NCBI GenBank assembly: GCA_963668625.2
Contig: CAXXKA010000005.1
Location: 64,001-128,000 of the forward strand
Length of the DNA stretch: 64,000 nt
From: an uncultured candidate division Zixibacteria bacterium
Lineage (GTDB): Bacteria > Zixibacteria > MSB-5A5 > UBA10806 > 4484-95
Direction: 5' to 3'
The notes below the pieces were generated by a model, which saw only the letters and a list, made by a program, of their open reading frames with translations, ran no database searches and was not told the origin of the DNA. The translations under genes and the position numbers were made by a program. Of this stretch, positions 1-8,742 are shown in pieces (the first letter of the stretch is position 1; each line of letters begins with the position of its first letter).

Positions 1-162
1 GATTTCCCTGATACACTGGACGTTATTATCTCCGGCGATTCACCTTTATATTTCAAGGCCCGCTCTCATTACTGGTCGTATAGTGATTCAATATCCGCTA
101 CGCTTTACATAAAAGATGTACTTGAGTCAACGCATACCGTATACCTTTATAACAAAGGATGA
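1..162 (+). pseudogene. Internally deleted remnant of the toxin gene (middle region joined out of frame to the last codons of a toxin C-terminus); runs off the left edge
   Basis: 1-154 matches 5522-5675 (DFPDTLDV...VYLYN) with one mismatch. The sequence then jumps to AAGGATGAAAAGCCATGGGAAGATTA (KDEKPWED end, cf. 2020-2046 and 6836-6862) in another frame. Frame 1 stops at 160-162. Confidence 0.75.
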
Positions 163-168
163 AAAGCC

Positions 169-1215
169 ATGGGAAGATTAACTAATTTAGGATACGTTTT
201 TACTTTTTTATTATCGATGGTTTCAATCAATAGCACTGCCGCTGCCCAATATTACTATGTTAATGGATATTCTATGGCAGAGGATGGATTGACAAACAAT
301 GTTATCTACAAAATAAGTTTGGAAACAGTCGAGGTAATTGACAGCATAGTTTTTGATAGGCAGGGGGAATTTACTTCATCAACTCCCATATCTTTACAAA
401 GGCCGGGCAGTGACTTAAAATTATTAGTTTGGGTAGGATATGGATTGCCTGGTAAAAATTCAATTCCAGACAATCCGGTTTTATCATACTATTGGATTAT
501 TAATGAACGAAATTTTAAAATAGCTGGATCTGATAGTCTGCTGAATAATATTGTTTTAGGAATTAAACCTATCGGTATAGATTCAGTAGAATTTGACTGC
601 ATCGGTTTTTCACAGGATAAAGATGTTTTAAAAAAGTACACCTTCGATAGGGATAACAATAGTTTTAGGATGATTGAACAAACCCCATATAATGAAAGGG
701 AGATCAATGATGTAAGAATTGGAGACTACACTAATCCTTATTATTTGGCGTTAAATAACCAACGAAATTACTACTATGATTTTTCTAATGATCCTGATGA
801 GCTTATAGATATCTTTAGTACCCAAAATAATATTGATGTTTCAAAGCAAATAAATGCCGGCGATCTTTCGCAGGAGAGCGTGATTTTGGGATATTCTCCG
901 GAGTATGACAATATTTACTGTTTCAATTTTCGATTCAAGATACTGGCTATGTATCCGCATCCTGAATCACCGGATTCGATTTCAAATACTCTGAGGATTA
1001 TAAACGGCGAAACATTTGATGTAATCAATACTATTAACTTTGAACTTGGTGATATTTACTTGCCGCAAGAATTAGAAAACGCCGTCTACCAGGATGGATA
1101 TCTAATTCACTATTTCGCCAAAAGCGATGGCTATGGCCGTTATGACCCCGCTTATTTGTTAATTTTCGACACCCGCACCAACGAGGCCTCGTGGCTGCGT
1201 GTGGGATGGAGGTAA
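169..1215 (+). CDS. Secreted putative immunity protein, cassette 0 (type A)
   Basis: 348 aa with an N-terminal signal peptide (…STAAA-Q). Near-duplicate of 2034..3074. Ends in the shared IFDTRTNEASWLRVGWR. Start overlaps the PWED toxin end. Confidence 0.75.
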   Translation: MGRLTNLGYVFTFLLSMVSINSTAAAQYYYVNGYSMAEDGLTNNVIYKISLETVEVIDSIVFDRQGEFTSSTPISLQRPGSDLKLLVWVGYGLPGKNSIPDNPVLSYYWIINERNFKIAGSDSLLNNIVLGIKPIGIDSVEFDCIGFSQDKDVLKKYTFDRDNNSFRMIEQTPYNEREINDVRIGDYTNPYYLALNNQRNYYYDFSNDPDELIDIFSTQNNIDVSKQINAGDLSQESVILGYSPEYDNIYCFNFRFKILAMYPHPESPDSISNTLRIINGETFDVINTINFELGDIYLPQELENAVYQDGYLIHYFAKSDGYGRYDPAYLLIFDTRTNEASWLRVGWR

Positions 1216-1263
1216 AATTTGTTCGTGGCTGGCAAAAGTTTCCGCCTGCTGCTTAGAGACAGC
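1169..1263 (+). repeat. Array junction repeat copy 1 (50-bp core 1169-1218 plus REP-like hairpin)
   Basis: ACACCCGCACCAACGAGGCCTCGTGGCTGCGTGTGGGATGGAGGTAAAAT followed by TTGTTCGTGGCTGGCA(A/G)AAGTTTCCGCCTGCTGCTTAGAGACAGC. Confidence 0.95.
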
Positions 1264-2046
1264 AATGTTACATTCTGGAGAGATTCATTATATGCCGTTG
1301 GTGGATCTTTAACAGTTGCTTGCGAAGGGTATTTGACTCCTGTTGAAAACATCAATAATTGCTTTAATATTGATACTGATAGTACAATTAATGATACTAC
1401 TACTATTCCTACAAGATTGATATTGATAGATAGTGATCCTTCAAATCAGATGTTTCTTGACTCATTACAATATGACATCGTAAAAACAATTGCATATTAT
1501 GAATGGGCTGGAAGTAGTGATAGTAGGCATTGCGATGATCCATATAATTCTCAATATAACAACTATTGGGATAATGTTATAGATGAGGGAGATACTTGTA
1601 TAGAAACCAGATTTCCTTGCGAAAATCGCTATTCTACAGCAACTGGCACAATGCAAATGTTACGTGGTACCAGGGAAAAGCTTTTTAACGGCTCGTTTGT
1701 AGGAGGTGGAGACACAACGGGATTTATTGGTTGCTCCTGGGATTGCCTCGCATGGAATTGGAAAATTAATGTATTCAATGGAAAATGGGTATATATAACT
1801 GATATGTTCCACTATATTAATAAAGATACCAATCCCCAACGAAATTGGGACTCACTTTATACTCCAGCTAGTGATTATTCGCCTGACTCAACAAATAAAG
1901 AAGATATTGCTGTTTACGGTTACCATCTAGGCTCAACAAAGATGAAAGCAATTAGAACACAAAGCGATTGGAACGATAAAGTCGTAGAAGATGAATATGT
2001 CAATAACGTAAGAAGATATAAGGATGAAAAGCCATGGGAAGATTAA
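1219..2046 (+). CDS. Orphan lytic transglycosylase (SLT/lysozyme-like) toxin C-terminal cassette 1
   Basis: SLT-like motifs: TIAYYE (putative catalytic Glu), STATGTMQM (GLMQ-like), NVFNGKW, AVYGYHLG. TTG start is supplied by the repeat. No signal peptide. Confidence 0.7.
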   Translation: MFVAGKSFRLLLRDSNVTFWRDSLYAVGGSLTVACEGYLTPVENINNCFNIDTDSTINDTTTIPTRLILIDSDPSNQMFLDSLQYDIVKTIAYYEWAGSSDSRHCDDPYNSQYNNYWDNVIDEGDTCIETRFPCENRYSTATGTMQMLRGTREKLFNGSFVGGGDTTGFIGCSWDCLAWNWKINVFNGKWVYITDMFHYINKDTNPQRNWDSLYTPASDYSPDSTNKEDIAVYGYHLGSTKMKAIRTQSDWNDKVVEDEYVNNVRRYKDEKPWED

Positions 2047-3074
2047 CTAATTTAGGATACGTTTTTACTTTTTTATTATCGATGGTTTCAATCAATAGCA
2101 CTGCCGCTGCCCAATATTATTACGTTAATGGATATTCTATGGCAGAGGATGGATTGACAAACAATGTTATCTACAAAATAAGTTTGGAAACAGTCGAGGT
2201 AATTGACAGCATAGTTTTTGATAGGCAGGGGGAATTTACTTCATCAACTCCCATATCTTTACAAAGGCCGGGCAGTGACTTAAAATTATTAGTTTGGGTA
2301 GGATATGGATTGCCTGGTAAAAATTCAATTCCAGACAATCCGGTTTTATCATACTATTGGATTATTAATGAACGAAATTTTAAAATAGCTGGATCTGATA
2401 GTCTGCTGAATAATATTGTTTTAGGAATTAAACCTATCGGTATAGATTCAGTAGAATTTGACTGCATCGGTTTTTCACAGGATAAAGATGTTTTAAAAAA
2501 GTACACCTTCGATAGGGATAACAATAGTTTTAGGATGATTGAACAAACCCCATATAATGAAATTGAGATAAATAATGAAAGAATTGGAGACTACATTTTT
2601 CCTCACTACCTGGCGGAAAATAATCAGCGTAACTACTATTATGATTTTTTGCGTCATCCAAACATATATATATTTAGTACCCAAAATAATATTGATGTTT
2701 CAAAGCAAATAAATGCTGGCGATCTTTCACAGGAGAGTGTGATTTTGGGATATTCTCCGGAGTATGATAATATCTACTGTTTTAATTTTCGATACAAGAT
2801 ACTGGCAATGTATCCGCATCCCGAATCACCGGATTCGATTTCAAATACTCTGAGGATTATAAACGGCGAAACATTTGATGTAATCAATACTATTAATTTT
2901 GAACTGGGTGATATTTACTTGCCTAAAGAATACAATAAAGCTGATTATCAGGATGGATATCTAATTCACTATTTTGCCAAAAGCGATGGCTATGGCCGTT
3001 ATGACCCCGCTTATTTGTTAATTTTTAACACCCGCACCAACGAGGCCTCGTGGCTGCGTGTGGGATGGAGGTAA
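2034..3074 (+). CDS. Secreted putative immunity protein, cassette 1 (type A')
   Basis: 346 aa with signal peptide; 13-nt overlap with the upstream toxin stop; shared C-terminus. Confidence 0.75.
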   Translation: MGRLTNLGYVFTFLLSMVSINSTAAAQYYYVNGYSMAEDGLTNNVIYKISLETVEVIDSIVFDRQGEFTSSTPISLQRPGSDLKLLVWVGYGLPGKNSIPDNPVLSYYWIINERNFKIAGSDSLLNNIVLGIKPIGIDSVEFDCIGFSQDKDVLKKYTFDRDNNSFRMIEQTPYNEIEINNERIGDYIFPHYLAENNQRNYYYDFLRHPNIYIFSTQNNIDVSKQINAGDLSQESVILGYSPEYDNIYCFNFRYKILAMYPHPESPDSISNTLRIINGETFDVINTINFELGDIYLPKEYNKADYQDGYLIHYFAKSDGYGRYDPAYLLIFNTRTNEASWLRVGWR

Positions 3075-3122
3075 AATTTGTTCGTGGCTGGCAGAAGTTT
3101 CCGCCTGCTGCTTAGAGACAGC
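3028..3122 (+). repeat. Array junction repeat copy 2
   Basis: Identical 50-bp core plus REP-like hairpin. Confidence 0.95.
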
Positions 3123-3923
3123 GAGGTTACATTCTGGAGAGATTCATTGTATGCTGTAGGTGGTTCGTTAACTGTTGCGTGCCAGGGGTATTTATCCCCG
3201 GTTGAAAATATCAATAATTGCTTTCAAATAGATACTGACAGTACATTAAATGATTCTACTAAAATCCCAGATTTATTGATACTTATTGATCGAGATCCAC
3301 CAAACGCTTTATTCTCTGATAGTCTTGGTACAGATAGAAATAGGGCTATTGCATGGGCTGAAGCCGCAGGCACTTTGGATATAACTCATTGTCATAATCC
3401 ATATAATCCCTTATGGAATCATTACTGGGATACCAGAATAAGCGGGGCGGATACATGCTACGATACGCGTACTCCTTGTGAAAATGCTGGTGGCACCGAT
3501 ACTGGGATAATGCAGATATATAGAACTGTATGGGATACAGTATTTACCACACCAAGTAGCTTCCCACAATATCCCGCTGGCTTTACAATATGCAAACGGG
3601 ATAGTCTGGAATGGAATTGGATGATTTGTATACATAATGGACGGTGGATACTGGAAGATTGTATGCCTGCACGTATGAAAGCTTCTCAACAAGCTTGGCC
3701 TGAATCTTGTTCATATGCAGATTGTGATTCTGTTCCTGATATGCCTAACCAAGAAGACTTAGCTAATTATGGTTATCATGCAGGTGAAGGCAGAATGAGG
3801 ATTATTGATACTGAAAAACTATGGAAACAAAAGATATTTAAACCTAATAATCTTTTTGAAATCGATTGGGCAAATTATATTAAGAATGTAAGGAGGATAA
3901 AGTATAATGGAAATTTATGGTAA
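3078..3923 (+). CDS. Orphan lytic transglycosylase-like toxin cassette 2
   Basis: Motifs RAIAWAE, GTDTGIMQI, CIHNGRWIL, ANYGYHAG; Cys-rich; TTG start inside the repeat. Confidence 0.7.
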   Translation: MFVAGRSFRLLLRDSEVTFWRDSLYAVGGSLTVACQGYLSPVENINNCFQIDTDSTLNDSTKIPDLLILIDRDPPNALFSDSLGTDRNRAIAWAEAAGTLDITHCHNPYNPLWNHYWDTRISGADTCYDTRTPCENAGGTDTGIMQIYRTVWDTVFTTPSSFPQYPAGFTICKRDSLEWNWMICIHNGRWILEDCMPARMKASQQAWPESCSYADCDSVPDMPNQEDLANYGYHAGEGRMRIIDTEKLWKQKIFKPNNLFEIDWANYIKNVRRIKYNGNLW

Positions 3924-4935
3924 AAACGCGATAGGCATTCTGTTAGCTGTGTCTATTTGCGCGAGCATTTGCTTTGCACAGCAATATGCAGTCAATACCT
4001 ACGATGAAGACTCTCCCGGTTTTCCCAAAAGGATTAAAACAGTTTTTATAGACCTTGAAAATAAAAATATAATTGAAAGTGTTGTAATTGGTGAACAAGG
4101 TCAAATAATTAATAAAACACCATTAGTCATAAAAAAGCAATCTGATTCGTTGTTAATTACTGTAGTCATGGAAAGATGTTATTGCGATAATGCAACATTA
4201 GGGCAAACCAGAGCAAGAATTACCTTATTTGATTTTGAGTCCATAAGAATTTTAGATTCTTATGATGATACTAGCCTATTTATTACTTCTCTAGAACAAC
4301 TTGAAGGCGAGAGAATTTATATGTCCGGTTCGTTAATTTACGATCATAATAGAACAATTAAAGGCATATATACTCTTAACAATGTTTTTCATTTAAATTT
4401 GGAGGAATCGAGATCTCGGGATTATTCTTACAATCTATTAGATGGCATAAATAACTTTGATTTACTTGAGCTGGTTGATACGCGATTAAATTTATATAAG
4501 ACATCAAATGGTTCACAACGTTTTATTTTACGGATAAATAACTCCAGAGACCAGTTGTTAGATTCATTAGTTTTAGATAATGAACCTTACAGAAGCCAAG
4601 TTTTTGCCATAAAGGATACACTTATTTATGTATTCAATCAAAATTATGAAATTCATATGGAATTTACGACAAAAAATCGCGAAGATAATTGGATTGATAG
4701 TCATGTTAAGTTGTATGATTTAAGCGATTTCTCTTTAATTGATTCAATACCATTACCTGATTATCCTGAAAACGACTATATAGGCGGTGATTTTAATAAA
4801 GCTGATGTAGTCGGTGACTTTATCGTATATTACTTTTTTGGTAGAGAGGGCTTAACCCGTTATGCTCCAGCCATGCTATTCATTTTCGACACCCGCACCA
4901 ACGAGGCCTCGTGGCTGCGTGTGGGATGGAGGTAA
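3907..4935 (+). CDS. Secreted putative immunity protein, cassette 2 (type B)
   Basis: 342 aa with signal peptide (…ICFA-Q); overlaps the toxin stop by 17 nt; ends YAPAMLFIFDTRTNEASWLRVGWR. Confidence 0.75.
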   Translation: MEIYGKNAIGILLAVSICASICFAQQYAVNTYDEDSPGFPKRIKTVFIDLENKNIIESVVIGEQGQIINKTPLVIKKQSDSLLITVVMERCYCDNATLGQTRARITLFDFESIRILDSYDDTSLFITSLEQLEGERIYMSGSLIYDHNRTIKGIYTLNNVFHLNLEESRSRDYSYNLLDGINNFDLLELVDTRLNLYKTSNGSQRFILRINNSRDQLLDSLVLDNEPYRSQVFAIKDTLIYVFNQNYEIHMEFTTKNREDNWIDSHVKLYDLSDFSLIDSIPLPDYPENDYIGGDFNKADVVGDFIVYYFFGREGLTRYAPAMLFIFDTRTNEASWLRVGWR

Positions 4936-4983
4936 AATTTGTTCGTGGCTGGCAGAAGTTTCCGCCTGCTGCTTAGAGACAGC
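4889..4983 (+). repeat. Array junction repeat copy 3
   Basis: Identical core plus hairpin; diverges from copies 2 and 4 after GAGGTTA at 4990. Confidence 0.95.
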
Positions 4984-5064
4984 GAGGTTAAATGGCGTAG
5001 TAAAGGGGCAGATGAGGTTATTTACCATCTTAGAACAATAATTTTAATAATATTACATAATTGC

Positions 5065-5094
5065 TTGACAAAATAGAATACCCTAGCGCATATT
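5065..5094 (+). promoter_or_regulatory. Possible sigma70 promoter inside the array
   Basis: TTGACA at 5065-5070, 18-bp spacer, CATATT at 5089-5094; AT-rich upstream. Confidence 0.35.
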
Positions 5095-5443
5095 ACAGCA
5101 TATTGGAGCAGGCAGTTTAGGAGCAGGTTACTTTTACTTCCCCGGAGAACAAATACTTGTATGTGAAGAACAGCCGGTACTCTCGGAAAATTGCTGGCTT
5201 GAGGATGTATTATCTTGGCCGCCAAGGATTTTAATAACGAATGTCGATGTAGTATGGCCTGATGGTCGAGAGTATGAACATACAAGTTTATACGGTTGCG
5301 GGTGTATAATAGGGGAAGACTACCAGGATACTGTACGTAAAATAAACGGACTTGGTTATATAAGGTTTATAAATAGTGGCTTTCCATATTTCTGGCCTGT
5401 TTGTGAAGGTTATATTATTTATGATACTTATGCATTTACCTGT

Positions 5444-6862
5444 ATGAGAACCCCATGCCAGGGCGGTGGAGGTGCATTTGAGCCAAAACAATCGATAGCT
5501 TTTACTGATTCATTATATAATGATTTCCCTGATACACTGGACGTTATTATCTCCGGCGATTCACCTTTATATTTCAAGGCCCGCTCTCATTACTGGTCGT
5601 ATAGTGATTCAATATCCGCTACGCTTTACATAAAAGATGTACTTGAGTCAACGCATACCGTGTACCTTTATAACAGCGGTGATTCATGTTTTTATGGCAG
5701 CTTTGAAAACAGTAAAGAGCTTGGATTGAAATCATTCGGTATGGCACATATCGACATCGATTCGGTACGATTAGAATTAGATCCTTTTGCCGTTACTTTC
5801 GATGAAGTTGGTGTTTGTCTGCCGAAGCTAATAACCTCAACCGATACCGTTATTATCAATCATTCTGATATGAAAGTAAGCGCGGATTTTATAGCCGGCC
5901 TGGAGATAATACATGATGTAACCGGGGATAGAGTAGAGCCTGCCGAGATTGTTGATAGTGTTGGGTACAGGTACAAAAGCAAATGGGTATCTAATACAAG
6001 TTATTCTAAAACAACTAAACATAAAATATTCTATCGCTCCTTTCCAGATGATACTACGAAGTCATTGTGGTGGGACGGTAACAGAGATAGTTGTAGTGTA
6101 ACTTTTTGTAGAGATTCATTGTATGCGGTTGGGGGTTCTCTATCAGTTGCTTGCGAAGGGTATTTGACTCCTGTTGAAAACATCAATAATTGCTTTAATA
6201 TTGATACTGATAGTACAATTAATGATACTACTACTATTCCTACAAGATTGATATTGATTGATAGTGATCCTTCGAATCAGATGTTTCTTGACTCATTACA
6301 ATATGACATTATTAAAGCTATTGCATGGCAGGAATATGCTGGCAGTAATGATGGAACTCATTGTACGCCTTATCATAATCGATATAATAATTATTGGGAT
6401 AGTAGAATTACTGAAAGTGATACATGTCTCGATACGAGATTCCCTTGCGAAAATCGCTTATCTACAGCCACAGGTATAATGCAAATGTTACGTAGTACTT
6501 GGGAGAACTTATTTAATTTAAGCGGCGTTTATACTGAGCCCGATAGTTTTTATGCATGTAAATGGGATAGTTTAGCTTGGAGTTGGAAGATAAATATATT
6601 TAATGGTAAATATATCCATCAAAAAAGCTGCTTTTATCATATGACCAGTGCACAAAAGGCATGGGATTCTTTATATACTCCAGCTTCTGATTATACACCT
6701 GATTCTACTAATAGAGAAGATTTAGCTACTTATGGTTATAAAGAAGGTAGCACGTTTATGAGAAAAATTAGAACTTTAAAAGACTGGAATACTAAAATTA
6801 AATCGTTTTTTTACGTAAATAACGTAAGAATGTATAAGGATGAAAAGCCATGGGAAGATTAG
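5444..6862 (+). CDS. Longer lytic transglycosylase-like toxin cassette 3 (probably 5'-truncated; frame open from 5087)
   Basis: C-terminal part has AIAWQE, STATGIMQM, NIFNGKY and ATYGYKEG. Extra N-terminal region present. The frame has no stop back to TAG at 5084-5086 and no ATG/GTG/TTG before 5444. Confidence 0.7.
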   Translation: MRTPCQGGGGAFEPKQSIAFTDSLYNDFPDTLDVIISGDSPLYFKARSHYWSYSDSISATLYIKDVLESTHTVYLYNSGDSCFYGSFENSKELGLKSFGMAHIDIDSVRLELDPFAVTFDEVGVCLPKLITSTDTVIINHSDMKVSADFIAGLEIIHDVTGDRVEPAEIVDSVGYRYKSKWVSNTSYSKTTKHKIFYRSFPDDTTKSLWWDGNRDSCSVTFCRDSLYAVGGSLSVACEGYLTPVENINNCFNIDTDSTINDTTTIPTRLILIDSDPSNQMFLDSLQYDIIKAIAWQEYAGSNDGTHCTPYHNRYNNYWDSRITESDTCLDTRFPCENRLSTATGIMQMLRSTWENLFNLSGVYTEPDSFYACKWDSLAWSWKINIFNGKYIHQKSCFYHMTSAQKAWDSLYTPASDYTPDSTNREDLATYGYKEGSTFMRKIRTLKDWNTKIKSFFYVNNVRMYKDEKPWED

Positions 6863-7878
6863 TTCAATTAACCTCATTAATTATGACTATAGCGGTCATT
6901 ACATCATTAGTGAATGCTCAAACGATATATCTTAACTCATATGCATTAGATGAGAGATCAATAAGCAATTTTATTTATAAAGTTAATATAGAAAGCCAAT
7001 CTATTGAGGATTCACTATTTTTACCAACCAATGGATCTTTCTGTATGAAAAAGCCAATTATAGTTGATTATAGTAACAGTAGTTATATTCTCTCATTTTG
7101 GGTAAATGGATTGTATGCTAAAAACTCGCAACTTGGAATACATACTACATCTCATTATTGCGCCGTTGATATGGAGACATTCGATATGGTTAATTGTGAT
7201 AGTCTTCTTGATGTAATGGTAGGTGATAAATACTCGTATGATAATGACACTTTGATTGTTGAATTATATGAAGAAAATACCGGTGTATGGGAAGAAAGTA
7301 AATTATTATTTGATAGGGATAACAGACTAATTGAGCAAAGTAGCCGAAATTTAACAAGACAAGATTTAGAATCTATTATGGTTGGTAATTATGTTGAACC
7401 TGATATAATTTTCTCACAGGATACTATTAGCTATTATTGGGGGTATGAGGATGTTGGTGAAAATTCATATGTTAATTTACTTGCGGTTATTGATAGTGAT
7501 ATTATTTTTGAAAAGAGAATTGCCGATAGAGTATCTGCAAATATCATTGTGGGATTTAATTCAGAAACAAATATGATATATGCATTTATTTTACCTTTTA
7601 AGCTTCTATCATATAATCCAATCGAACAATCGCCTGAAAATATAACACCTGAAATACTAGTAATTAGTCCGGATAATTTTGAAATAGTGCAAACTCTTAA
7701 TATTGATATGGGAGATATATATCTGGGTCGTGAAACTGGAAACTGTAGTTCATTCGATTCCTATTTATACTATTACTTCTTCCTCCAAGATGGTGTTGGC
7801 CGTTATGACCCCGCTTATTTGTTAATTTTTAACACCCGCACCAACGAGGCCTCGTGGCTGCGTGTGGGATGGAGGTAA
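6850..7878 (+). CDS. Secreted putative immunity protein, cassette 3 (type C)
   Basis: 342 aa with signal peptide (…LVNA-Q); 13-nt overlap with the toxin; ends GRYDPAYLLIFNTRTNEASWLRVGWR. Confidence 0.75.
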   Translation: MGRLVQLTSLIMTIAVITSLVNAQTIYLNSYALDERSISNFIYKVNIESQSIEDSLFLPTNGSFCMKKPIIVDYSNSSYILSFWVNGLYAKNSQLGIHTTSHYCAVDMETFDMVNCDSLLDVMVGDKYSYDNDTLIVELYEENTGVWEESKLLFDRDNRLIEQSSRNLTRQDLESIMVGNYVEPDIIFSQDTISYYWGYEDVGENSYVNLLAVIDSDIIFEKRIADRVSANIIVGFNSETNMIYAFILPFKLLSYNPIEQSPENITPEILVISPDNFEIVQTLNIDMGDIYLGRETGNCSSFDSYLYYYFFLQDGVGRYDPAYLLIFNTRTNEASWLRVGWR

Positions 7879-7926
7879 AATTTGTTCGTGGCTGGCAGAA
7901 GTTTCCGCCTGCTGCTTAGAGACAGC
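7832..7926 (+). repeat. Array junction repeat copy 4
   Basis: Identical core plus hairpin; lies within a 465-bp tract (7797-8261) that reads identical to 2993-3457. Confidence 0.95.
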
Positions 7927-8742
7927 GAGGTTACATTCTGGAGAGATTCATTGTATGCTGTAGGTGGTTCGTTAACTGTTGCGTGCCAGGGGTATTTATC
8001 CCCGGTTGAAAATATCAATAATTGCTTTCAAATAGATACTGACAGTACATTAAATGATTCTACTAAAATCCCAGATTTATTGATACTTATTGATCGAGAT
8101 CCACCAAACGCTTTATTCTCTGATAGTCTTGGTACAGATAGAAATAGGGCTATTGCATGGGCTGAAGCCGCAGGCACTTTGGATATAACTCATTGTCATA
8201 ATCCATATAATCCCTTATGGAATCATTACTGGGATACCAGAATAAGCGGGGCGGATACATGTTCTGATACTCATATGCCATGTGAAAATGCGATTGGTGT
8301 TGATACTGGTGTTATGCAAATATATAGACAATGGAAACCACAGAGTTCTACAGATACAAGTGGTTGGGCATTACATTTTGCTAGATCAAATAGTAAACCT
8401 AGTGGGTATATACAAGTAATGTGGGATAGCCTTGCTTGGAATTGGGCTATATGCATTTATAATGGCAAATACATTCACGATGTATATATGCCATCAAGAT
8501 TTACTTCTGCGCAAAAACTTTTTCCAGATTCATGCTCTTACGCTAACTGCGACACTTTTCCGTTAAATGCTAATAAAGAAGACTTAAAAAGCTATGGATA
8601 TCATAGAGGTGACCCTGAGATGAAATCAATCACAACTATTAATTGGAATGAAATGGTTGCTGATACTACTGATCCTATTAGCGATGGAGCACAATATGTA
8701 CAAAGAGTTAGATTGTTCAAATATACAAAACCATGGGAGTAA
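7882..8742 (+). CDS. Orphan lytic transglycosylase-like toxin cassette 4
   Basis: Motifs RAIAWAE, GVDTGVMQI, CIYNGKYI, KSYGYHRG; first ~127 aa identical to cassette 2, then divergent. Confidence 0.7.
   Translation: MFVAGRSFRLLLRDSEVTFWRDSLYAVGGSLTVACQGYLSPVENINNCFQIDTDSTLNDSTKIPDLLILIDRDPPNALFSDSLGTDRNRAIAWAEAAGTLDITHCHNPYNPLWNHYWDTRISGADTCSDTHMPCENAIGVDTGVMQIYRQWKPQSSTDTSGWALHFARSNSKPSGYIQVMWDSLAWNWAICIYNGKYIHDVYMPSRFTSAQKLFPDSCSYANCDTFPLNANKEDLKSYGYHRGDPEMKSITTINWNEMVADTTDPISDGAQYVQRVRLFKYTKPWE

Noticed and set aside
1152-1355. Recurrent 67-aa antisense ORFs (also 3011 and 7815)
   Set aside because: They are by-products of the repeated DNA on the opposite strand of real genes.
169-3074. 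Diversity-generating retroelement (TR/VR pair)
   Set aside because: Differences between the two partner copies are not adenine-specific and include synonymous changes and an indel; there is no reverse transcriptase in the window.
1160-4995. Integron attC sites
   Set aside because: There is no proper RYYYAAC/GTTRRRY complementary pair. The GTTAC is toxin coding sequence (VTF), and no integrase is visible. The hairpin with bulged bases is only an analogy.
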